Position numbers and translations under genes: made by a program. From a virus: DNA of 37,652 nt. Positions within the stretch are counted from its first letter, which is position 1, and every line of letters begins with the position of its first letter. Location of the stretch: positions 1-37,652 of IMG/VR virus record IMGVR_UViG_3300009481_000002; one strand, 5' to 3'. The notes under the pieces are model-generated. The model saw nothing but the letters and a program-made list of their open reading frames with translations, ran no database searches and was not told the origin of the DNA. Shown here piece after piece: positions 9,792 to 15,441 of this stretch.

Positions 9792-9899
9792 CCCACGCCC
9801 AAAACACAACAACCCAACACCAAAAAACAAACACCCCAAACACACAACAAAAAAACCCCCACAACACACAAACAACTGAACCAAAACAACCAACAAACC
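9792..9899 (+). repeat. C/A-only low-complexity tract (G/T-only on the other strand)
   Basis: Of 108 nt, only three are not C or A (g9797, t9877, g9878). 9798-9876 is 79 nt of pure C/A. Confidence 0.95.
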
Positions 9900-9939
9900 G
9901 CTAATAACTCAAGGATATGGGGGGTACCAAGGCAATCTG

Positions 9940-9953
9940 TTAGGTATGCCTAA
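9940..9953. promoter_or_regulatory. Palindromic 14-mer TTAGGTATGCCTAA, copy 1
   Basis: TTAGG/CCTAA arms with a TATG centre. It recurs 69 bp downstream. Confidence 0.4.
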
Positions 9954-10008
9954 CACTTATTGTAAGGCCAGGCTGATAGGGGGTGTCAATCAAACAGAAC
10001 ACCCAGTA

Positions 10009-10022
10009 TTAGGTATGCTTAA
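10009..10022. promoter_or_regulatory. Palindromic 14-mer TTAGGTATGCTTAA, copy 2
   Basis: 13 of 14 bases match copy 1. Each copy lies 14-15 nt (copy 1) or 26 nt (copy 2) downstream of a GGGGGT run (9919-9925 and 9978-9983). Confidence 0.4.
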
Positions 10023-10170
10023 TGTGTGGTTTGAAAGCGAACGTTTGTTCGATGTTGCCCTGTAGTGGCCCTAGGATGCGTCCTAAGGACTGTTATACGT
10101 TCGCCGGTACTGTTACCCATGTTGGAGCTATAAACGCCTTAGCTGTATAACGTTCGTTATGTTACAGAAA

Positions 10171-10179
10171 TGTTACAAT
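10171..10179 (+). promoter_or_regulatory. Candidate extended -10 promoter (TGT-TACAAT) for the rightward early arm
   Basis: TGnTACAAT matches TGnTAnnnT. It sits in an AT-rich patch with TGTTAY repeats. No convincing -35 element is present. Confidence 0.3.
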
Positions 10180-10495
10180 GTTGTTGGGTGACTGGCATTG
10201 ATCTTCAATCTGTGTATGTAATTGAAGTAGCTTCTCAGTTTAGAAACCGACTCTGAGATAAGCCCTGAGGAAGGGGGAGCGAATAGGAAGGACAGGGCGA
10301 CCATAGACCCCGACACAAGAGTTCTTCCAAAAGGTTGAAAGTCCCCAAATTGGTCACACCTTTTAAACCGGTATTGAACGGGAATTAGCGGAAAGACCCT
10401 AGGCTACTAGGACAACTACCGAGGCGAGATGACTTAACCGACACCTATCGGGATACTACTGATGGAGGCCGTATGGCCCTAAGGGTAAATTAGAA

Positions 10496-10565
10496 TCTTT
10501 CTTTCCTTCTCTACGGATACCGTACTGACGAGGCTCCCAGACTGGAGCTAGAAAGAAAGGAAAGA
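10496..10565 (+). promoter_or_regulatory. Leader structure that sequesters the SD of the first early gene
   Basis: Pyrimidine arm TCTTTCTTTCCTT (10496-10508) pairs with purine arm AAGGAAAGAAAGA read 3'-5' (10553-10565): 11 Watson-Crick pairs, 1 G-U, 1 mismatch. It encloses the hairpins TACGG-ATA-CCGTA (10512-10524) and GCTCC-CAGACT-GGAGC (10533-10548). Confidence 0.4.
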
Positions 10566-10566
10566 C

Positions 10567-10773
10567 ATGGAAGAACTAGAGCGCAAAGCCAGAGCAAGAG
10601 CAAAGGCAAGAGCTAAGAATCAAAGGGCGTTAGCTATCCGATATAGCCAGATAACGCACCGTTCAACGGTTGCACCGGCTCCCAGAGTTCACAACCGGCA
10701 TACCGTGTGGACACTTCAGACAGTCGGCAAGACTGACACGATTCCAAACTGGGCCGGAAAAATCCGGTGGTAG
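10567..10773 (+). CDS. Hypothetical early protein (68 aa, basic, RAKA repeats)
   Basis: Track ORF. The ATG is preceded by AGAAAGAAAGGAAAGAC. Confidence 0.6.
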   Translation: MEELERKARARAKARAKNQRALAIRYSQITHRSTVAPAPRVHNRHTVWTLQTVGKTDTIPNWAGKIRW

Positions 10774-10837
10774 TGCTTAGGGCATCCGCAAGGGTGCCCG
10801 TAGTAGTATCACCTGATACTAGAAAGAAGGAAGAATA
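10774..10837 (+). repeat. Two-hairpin intergenic module U0
   Basis: Hairpin 1 is GGGCATCC-GCAA-GGGTGCCC (10780-10799). Hairpin 2 is AGTATC-ACCT-GATACT (10805-10820). AGAAAGAAGG and the ATG follow. Confidence 0.8.
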
Positions 10838-11077
10838 ATGAGTGAAAAATTCACTATTGAGATAGAGCCGGATTATTTATCTACTGGAGCGCATGTTGCC
10901 AGCCGGATATTAGAGGCACGGCCCGACAATATGACCGTCGCTGCTTGGCGTGCGATTGTGGTTACATTCGCTGACCATATCCGCTACCTAGCTTTTAAAG
11001 CTGCGGATGCTCCCGAAGGTGAACTAAGTGATTATCATAAGCTTATGGTTCACTTGGATACGTACCTACCTCGCTAG
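10838..11077 (+). CDS. Hypothetical early protein (79 aa)
   Basis: Track ORF with the extended SD AGAAAGAAGG. Confidence 0.7.
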   Translation: MSEKFTIEIEPDYLSTGAHVASRILEARPDNMTVAAWRAIVVTFADHIRYLAFKAADAPEGELSDYHKLMVHLDTYLPR

Positions 11078-11143
11078 GTTGTGCTTTGAGCATTAGAAAT
11101 AGTGCTCTTAGTAGTGCTTAGCGCACTGGAAAGAAGGAAAATA
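11078..11143 (+). repeat. Two-hairpin intergenic module U1
   Basis: It has the GTTGTGCTTTG box. Hairpin 1 is GAGCAT...GTGCTC (11088-11107). Hairpin 2 is AGTGC-TTAGC-GCACT (11113-11127). GGAAAGAAGG follows. Confidence 0.8.
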
Positions 11144-11326
11144 ATGAAATACAGCGTATGGTATGGCATAGATGGATGTTTACCTGAACAAGAGTATCCA
11201 CTATTTGAATCAAATAACTATCGTGAATGTAAATCATTCATAACTAACGAACGTAAAGAGTTTATCGCAGAGTTTGGTAAACCATCCAAATATAATTTGT
11301 ACGATTGGTACATTCACGAACACTAG
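11144..11326 (+). CDS. Hypothetical early protein (60 aa from ATG 11144)
   Basis: The track ORF 11102..11326 starts at an alternative codon inside module U1. ATG 11144 has the conserved SD spacing. Confidence 0.65.
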   Translation: MKYSVWYGIDGCLPEQEYPLFESNNYRECKSFITNERKEFIAEFGKPSKYNLYDWYIHEH

Positions 11327-11393
11327 GTTGTAGGTTGAGCATTGGAGACAGTGCTTTTCCTAGTGCCTAGTGGCACGGAAAGAAGGAAAAGAT
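11327..11393 (+). repeat. Two-hairpin intergenic module U2
   Basis: It has the GTTGTAGGTTG box. Hairpin 1 is AGCATT...AGTGCT (11338-11355). Hairpin 2 is GTGCC-TAGT-GGCAC (11363-11376). GGAAAGAAGG follows. Confidence 0.8.
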
Positions 11394-11729
11394 ATGCTTA
11401 ATTGGTATAACAAAGAAGTAGACCTCGACCGTTGGCGTAGAGGTGATCGGTATTATCACTGGTGTGACGCATTCAACGACAGCGAAGACCCTTGTGAAGA
11501 ATTTGGGAACATGCACTGGGACTTATGTACCAAGTGCATTAAGCTCCCTGACTTGTATGATCGGTTAGACTTTGAGCATCACAAACAATACAAAAACACT
11601 AAAGGTAGCCATATTGATGGACCTTGTGCTAGACCTGAATACTATTGGAAGTATGATAGCTACACGGGTGACGCTGAACCAAGCGGAGAGTATCTGTGCG
11701 ACGTGTGCAAGATAGTCTTGAATCACTAA
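11394..11729 (+). CDS. Cys/His-rich early protein (111 aa from ATG 11394)
   Basis: Track ORF trimmed to the SD-supported ATG. It contains several C-x2-C-like pairs (CTKC, CDVC). Confidence 0.65.
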   Translation: MLNWYNKEVDLDRWRRGDRYYHWCDAFNDSEDPCEEFGNMHWDLCTKCIKLPDLYDRLDFEHHKQYKNTKGSHIDGPCARPEYYWKYDSYTGDAEPSGEYLCDVCKIVLNH

Positions 11730-11795
11730 GTTGTGCTTTGGACATTCGTGAGAGTGTCCTTAGTAGTGCTTAGTGCACTGGAAAGAAGGAAGATA
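11730..11795 (+). repeat. Two-hairpin intergenic module U3
   Basis: It has the GTTGTGCTTTG box. Hairpin 1 is GGACAT...GTGTCC (11740-11759). Hairpin 2 is AGTGC-TTAGT-GCACT (11765-11779). Confidence 0.8.
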
Positions 11796-12083
11796 ATGTC
11801 AGAAAGAATAACTACACAAGATTTAGAGCGTCAAGTAGAAGTGTTAAACGGTTACTTTGGTATTCGGGATAGCAATGCTGTAGGACGCTTTGAAATTGAG
11901 TATGCCTATGGTGATTGCCGATTAGTACGAATTCTTAATGAAGGCAATGGCGAACGTGATATGTCTAAACGTGGTACTAAGCGTGAGATATACGAAAAAC
12001 TTTACGCCATTAACAAAGTCATTTACGAATTTAAGGATGACTTTGGAATAGCAGTAGACAAAGTAGACCGGCTTAACGCTTAA
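11796..12083 (+). CDS. Hypothetical early protein (95 aa from ATG 11796)
   Basis: Track ORF trimmed to the SD-supported ATG. Confidence 0.65.
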   Translation: MSERITTQDLERQVEVLNGYFGIRDSNAVGRFEIEYAYGDCRLVRILNEGNGERDMSKRGTKREIYEKLYAINKVIYEFKDDFGIAVDKVDRLNA

Positions 12084-12157
12084 CGCTGCTAAGTTGTGGG
12101 TTGAGCATCAGCGATGGTGCTTTTCCCAGTGCTTAGCACTAGAAAGAAGGGAAAGAT
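12084..12157 (+). repeat. Two-hairpin intergenic module U4
   Basis: It has the GTTGTGGGTTG box. Hairpin 1 is AGCATC...GGTGCT (12104-12121). Hairpin 2 is AGTGC-TTA-GCACT (12128-12140). Confidence 0.8.
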
Positions 12158-12439
12158 ATGAATCGAAAAGAAATCGAACAAATAATGATGACATCAGAAG
12201 TCACAGCCCTGCACCAATTATGGGACAAGATGCTACAACTCATTGAAGATGCAGTACCTCAACAGGGTAAGTGGACTTTTACAAGAACCAATTACAATGG
12301 TCACCGCATAACATTTACGTTTGAGAGAGATCAAATCATTGAGCAAATTTTTAGCGATAGCCTTGACCGCTGGTCTGATCTTAAAGTCATTACGGAAGAT
12401 ATGACATCTTTAGAAATTGTAAATTTTATTAACCAATAG
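12158..12439 (+). CDS. Hypothetical early protein (93 aa)
   Basis: Track ORF with the extended SD. Confidence 0.7.
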   Translation: MNRKEIEQIMMTSEVTALHQLWDKMLQLIEDAVPQQGKWTFTRTNYNGHRITFTFERDQIIEQIFSDSLDRWSDLKVITEDMTSLEIVNFINQ

Positions 12440-12509
12440 GTTGTGCTTTGGACATTGGAAACAGTGTCTTTAGTAGTGCCTAATGGGGCGCTAGAAAGAA
12501 GGAAAAGAT
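12440..12509 (+). repeat. Two-hairpin intergenic module U5
   Basis: It has the GTTGTGCTTTG box. Hairpin 1 is GACATT...AGTGTC (12451-12468). Hairpin 2 is AGTGCC-TAATGG-GGCGCT with one G-U pair (12475-12492). Confidence 0.8.
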
Positions 12510-12821
12510 ATGAGTTATTTAGACAACTTTGACTTTGACCAAATCACTAATTGGGATTTGAAACAAGTCAATCAAACTGTCCAACATGCAGTTAAAATAG
12601 CGTTACCGTTTCTGCTTGCAGAACTTGAACCGCATATAGGTTTCATGATTAAAGAGCAGATTAAAGACTGTGACGACGATGCTGAAGTGGATATTGATAC
12701 AGCCAAGAGCGCTCTTAAGGAGTGCCTTAATGAGGGTTGGGTTGATGAAGAAATAGAATCACGCATTGATTCTGTTATTAATAATGGTAGCTGGGACTTT
12801 GATATAAGTTTCTCGGCCTAA
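12510..12821 (+). CDS. Acidic hypothetical early protein (103 aa)
   Basis: Track ORF with the extended SD. Confidence 0.7.
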   Translation: MSYLDNFDFDQITNWDLKQVNQTVQHAVKIALPFLLAELEPHIGFMIKEQIKDCDDDAEVDIDTAKSALKECLNEGWVDEEIESRIDSVINNGSWDFDISFSA

Positions 12822-12846
12822 ACAATAAAGAAAGAAGGGAAAGATA

Positions 12847-13035
12847 ATGAAATTAAATAAACCATCTGGTCCAAGCTTATTCTTTAGCCTAGTTGCTGGT
12901 GAAACAGGATGTTCACCATACATGCTGGCTGAGGATAGGGATTTCATGCGAGAGGCAATCGATTTGTCTAAGCAAGGACTATCAACAACGGAACTCGCTG
13001 ATGAAATGATTCATTGGTGCGAGCTTAATTACTAA
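12847..13035 (+). CDS. Hypothetical early protein (62 aa)
   Basis: Track ORF preceded by AAAGAAAGAAGGGAAAGATA. Confidence 0.6.
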   Translation: MKLNKPSGPSLFFSLVAGETGCSPYMLAEDRDFMREAIDLSKQGLSTTELADEMIHWCELNY

Positions 13036-13064
13036 GCTACAAATAAAGAAAGAAGGGAAAGATA

Positions 13065-13364
13065 ATGGCACTAAGTAGAAAATACTATCAAGGATTAGCC
13101 GAAGCACTAGCTAAACCTACCGAAGGGTACGGGGCAGGAGCTTTAGCTCAAAGAGTAGTTCCGATAGTAGCGACAGTAAAGGCTGTAGCTGACATGTGTT
13201 ATGAAGATAACAACAGGTTTGACCACCAAAGATTCTACGATGCTTTTATCCAAGAGATAGACAACTTGGATAAGACTGAGATTGAATCTGACAGGTCACT
13301 GTATATATTGGATATACATTACAAAGAAGTTCTAGCTCCTCTAAATCGTATTATAGGTAGCTAG
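13065..13364 (+). CDS. Hypothetical early protein (99 aa)
   Basis: Track ORF preceded by the same 20-nt purine-rich RBS. Confidence 0.7.
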   Translation: MALSRKYYQGLAEALAKPTEGYGAGALAQRVVPIVATVKAVADMCYEDNNRFDHQRFYDAFIQEIDNLDKTEIESDRSLYILDIHYKEVLAPLNRIIGS

Positions 13365-13385
13365 TAAAATAAAGAAGGGAGAGAT

Positions 13386-13661
13386 ATGAGAACAGTGAAT
13401 GAATATCCTGTGCTAGGTGAGAACTTTCACCCTAATGAATGGCACAACGATAACAATTTTCATTGTGATTGTGAGAGCCATGTCAAACATCACAAAGAAA
13501 TCCATTATGAAATTGGATGCGATGAGTGGGTTGATGAGTTCTGGCTCTGTGAAAAATGTTACGAAGTCTGGTATGACTTTGATGAACTTAGGTGGTATAC
13601 CCACGAAAGAAAGACCCGAATTAGAAACGGATTCAAGCCAGTAGAAGTAGACTTGAACTAG
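13386..13661 (+). CDS. Cys/His-rich early protein (91 aa)
   Basis: Track ORF. It contains HCDCESHVKHH and CEKC motifs and has the SD AAGAAGGGAG. Confidence 0.65.
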   Translation: MRTVNEYPVLGENFHPNEWHNDNNFHCDCESHVKHHKEIHYEIGCDEWVDEFWLCEKCYEVWYDFDELRWYTHERKTRIRNGFKPVEVDLN

Positions 13662-13732
13662 CAAACTCTGACGATTCAAGGTAAACCGAGCAAGACGCAC
13701 GGTAGTAAATCCTAGAGCTGATGAGCGTAGCT

Positions 13733-13778
13733 CCCTACCCATCTGAAGATAGTCCCCTGTCGTAGGGTGGGTAGTGGG
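13733..13778 (+). promoter_or_regulatory. Structured element in the 160-nt gap after the first early gene block
   Basis: CCCTACCCA (13733-13741) pairs with TGGGTAG(T)GGG (13768-13778). A GAGCT...AGCTC hairpin lies just upstream. There is no T-run. Confidence 0.3.
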
Positions 13779-13821
13779 AAGCGCTTGTTAATAGAAAGTG
13801 TTTCAGAAAGGAGGAAGAAGA

Positions 13822-14043
13822 ATGACTTTGCAAAAAGATATAGAAAATCTTTCATCAGAACAAAGAACTCAGTTGATTGATGCTCTTTCCGACTCTTACT
13901 TAGAGTCAATACACGGAGTATTATCTGATGGAACTAGGCAAGCGAAATTTACTGAAGAAGAACATCTAAAAGTAATGCTTTATATAGGTGAATCTTTAAG
14001 AGACTTTGCTATAAATCGCAGGAGGGAATTAGGTGCATCCTGA
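13822..14043 (+). CDS. Hypothetical protein (73 aa from ATG 13822)
   Basis: Track ORF 13798..14043 trimmed to the ATG that follows GAAAGGAGGAAG. Confidence 0.65.
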   Translation: MTLQKDIENLSSEQRTQLIDALSDSYLESIHGVLSDGTRQAKFTEEEHLKVMLYIGESLRDFAINRRRELGAS

Positions 14044-14050
14044 AGCAGAC

Positions 14051-14149
14051 ATGAGCATTGTAAGCACGATACTCTTAGGGGTTGCGATAATCGCTTTGTT
14101 TGTTGTGCCTGTATTGATCTCTTATATTAAAGAGAAAATAAATAAATAA
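14051..14149 (+). CDS. Possible 32-aa single-TM peptide (MSIVSTILLGVAIIALFVVPVLISYIKEKINK)
   Basis: Found by hand. It has a hydrophobic core followed by a basic tail and fills an otherwise empty gap. No strong SD is present. Confidence 0.3.
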   Translation: MSIVSTILLGVAIIALFVVPVLISYIKEKINK

Positions 14150-14168
14150 AAAAAAGAAAGGAAAGAAC

Positions 14169-14564
14169 ATGACAATTAGTTATGAGCAATACGCTAAAGA
14201 CGTATTTGAAACTGCTATTGAAGGCGGTATTGATTATTGGGCTGACATCCACGAGTGGGTATCTGATGATGAGGGTCGTGCTTGGTACGCCAAGGTGACC
14301 GTCAAAGACGATTACTATGAAGATGGTGCTGGTTCTGTGATTGATTGGTGGACCATCATGGCTGGGACACAACGTCTCGTGACACAACCTATGAAACTTC
14401 AAGTTGCTGCTAGTGAAGCTGGTTCTTTAATCAGCGACGTTATTGGAGTTCTAATAAAAGCAGCAGAGACAGACGACTATGAGAAATTTCTCAACATGTA
14501 CGATGTCGAATGGGCAGATATTATTGTCCAGTACGGGTTGTTTGGAGAGCTTGTCTTCGGATAA
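14169..14564 (+). CDS. Hypothetical protein (131 aa)
   Basis: Track ORF with the SD AAAGAAAGGAAAG. Confidence 0.7.
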   Translation: MTISYEQYAKDVFETAIEGGIDYWADIHEWVSDDEGRAWYAKVTVKDDYYEDGAGSVIDWWTIMAGTQRLVTQPMKLQVAASEAGSLISDVIGVLIKAAETDDYEKFLNMYDVEWADIIVQYGLFGELVFG

Positions 14565-14575
14565 GCTATTCATTG

Positions 14576-14620
14576 CCCCCCATACGGGTTTGGTCCTTCT
14601 TTCCCTGTATGGGGGGTTTA
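14576..14620 (+). terminator. Intrinsic-terminator-like hairpin upstream of whiB
   Basis: CCCCCCATACGGG (14576-14588) pairs with CCCTGTATGGGGGG (14603-14616), giving 13 bp including one G-U. TTTA follows. Confidence 0.65.
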
Positions 14621-14639
14621 CCTGTACTAAAATAGAAAG

Positions 14640-14870
14640 ATGGACTGGAGAGAGAAAGCTGGCTGTCGTGGCATGACTACGATATTCTATTCGGACCAGC
14701 ATCGTAAGTGTAGATTCATTTGCGATTCTTGTCCTGTGTTTGAACAGTGTATTGCTACGTCTGTTGAGGATGAGCCAGACCCTTTCCAACTCTGGGGTTT
14801 CAGACATGGGATGACTGCATCAGAGCGTCATCGTTGGCGTATGATGAAGGCCCGACTTGACAGCGTGTGA
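14640..14870 (+). CDS. whiB: WhiB-family Fe-S transcription factor (76 aa)
   Basis: It has four Cys in the WhiB pattern (AGCRG ... C-DS-C-PVFEQ-C), an LWGFRHG turn resembling G[VI]WGG, and a basic C-terminal tail. Confidence 0.8.
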   Translation: MDWREKAGCRGMTTIFYSDQHRKCRFICDSCPVFEQCIATSVEDEPDPFQLWGFRHGMTASERHRWRMMKARLDSV

Positions 14871-14914
14871 TACCCTGTTAAAAAGGATTTAACAAAAAAA
14901 GAAAGGAGGAAGCC

Positions 14915-15202
14915 ATGAATAAAGGCGAGATCAAAGCAATCTCTGAAGGAGTCGCTAAGACTTTCAAGAAGAATGCAAGATACGGAGCCTACCCATCCAT
15001 TCAATCTGTTCTGGATTCAATCGAATGCGAATTGGTTGAGCAAGGACACATGAGAATGTGGGGGGATAGGTCTAAGGTCCGCTTTGAATATAACGGCGAG
15101 TTCGGTGAAGAATACATCGGCGAAGTCGATAATTCAATGGACATTTGGGAAGCTCACATATTCCAAGCCGAAGGCGGTGGGGAGATAATTGCTAACCAAT
15201 AA
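14915..15202 (+). CDS. Hypothetical protein (95 aa)
   Basis: Track ORF with the SD GAAAGGAGGAAG. Confidence 0.7.
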   Translation: MNKGEIKAISEGVAKTFKKNARYGAYPSIQSVLDSIECELVEQGHMRMWGDRSKVRFEYNGEFGEEYIGEVDNSMDIWEAHIFQAEGGGEIIANQ

Positions 15203-15222
15203 CAAATAAGAAAGAAGGAAAC

Positions 15223-15393
15223 ATGGACTTTGATTTCTCACCAGAGAAACCTAAAAGGCGTAAAGCTGCATATAAAAAACCTGACTCTTGGGTTAGGTGT
15301 TTAGATTGCAGAGCGATTTACGCTGACAGGATAAGTAAGAATTATCCTACTTGTAAGTTCTGTAACGGAGCTAACTGGTCGAACGATGTTTGA
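15223..15393 (+). CDS. Zinc-ribbon mini-protein (56 aa)
   Basis: Found by hand. Its sequence is MDFDFSPEKPKRRKAAYKKPDSWVRCLDCRAIYADRISKNYPTCKFCNGANWSNDV, with CxxC...CxxC. The SD is AGAAAGAAGGAAAC. Confidence 0.55.
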   Translation: MDFDFSPEKPKRRKAAYKKPDSWVRCLDCRAIYADRISKNYPTCKFCNGANWSNDV

Positions 15394-15441
15394 CATCTGA
15401 TGACAGTGTGCTACAATTATAGTAATCCCAGAAAGGAAGGC

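Noticed and set aside
9664-9953. Track ORFs 9768..9953 (+, T/K/Q/N/P-rich) and 9664..9867 (-, G/V/F/W/C-rich) overlap the C/A tract.
   Set aside because: A C/A-only or G/T-only sequence cannot contain stop codons in any frame, so open frames there are automatic. There is no SD, and the products are pure low complexity.
9991-10345. The strings ACAGAAC (about 9994) and GAAAGTCCCC (about 10337) are reminiscent of RNase P RNA conserved regions.
   Set aside because: They are in the wrong order, too far apart, and lack the surrounding P4 pairing partners. They are probably coincidental.
9526-10566. Many 5-bp-stem small hairpins occur in the control region (TAGGA-TGCG-TCCTA, CCTAG-GCTA-CTAGG, AGGCC-GTAT-GGCC and others).
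   Set aside because: Roughly four such hairpins are expected by chance in 1 kb when loops of 3-6 nt are allowed. I kept only the duplicated 14-mer and the stems of 7 bp or more.
10774-12509. The repeated intergenic modules could be a CRISPR array, integron attC sites, or plain sigma-70 promoters (TTGRRC-N17-TAGTAG).
   Set aside because: CRISPR does not fit: the segments between repeats are 180-340-nt protein-coding genes with SDs, and the repeats are degenerate. attC does not fit: GTTGTGC only loosely resembles GTTRRRY, and no inverse core or integrase is present. A promoter-only reading does not fit either. The -35-like bases co-vary with the opposite stem arm, and the -10-like hexamer is TCCTAG or TCCCAG in two copies. 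Structure explains the conservation better than promoter elements do. A PeSL-like combined role is kept as a hypothesis in the findings.
10774-12509. The hairpins could be N4-type hairpin promoters for a virion RNA polymerase hidden in the giant ORF.
   Set aside because: Loop sizes vary from 3 to 7 nt and stems are not uniform. I could find no T7-like or N4-like RNAP motifs in the giant protein. This stays untested speculation.
13714-13760. A CTGATGAG string resembles the hammerhead ribozyme core.
   Set aside because: No stem II can form after CUGAUGA, no correctly placed GAAA box is flanked by complementary arms, and no stem III or cleavage-site context is present.
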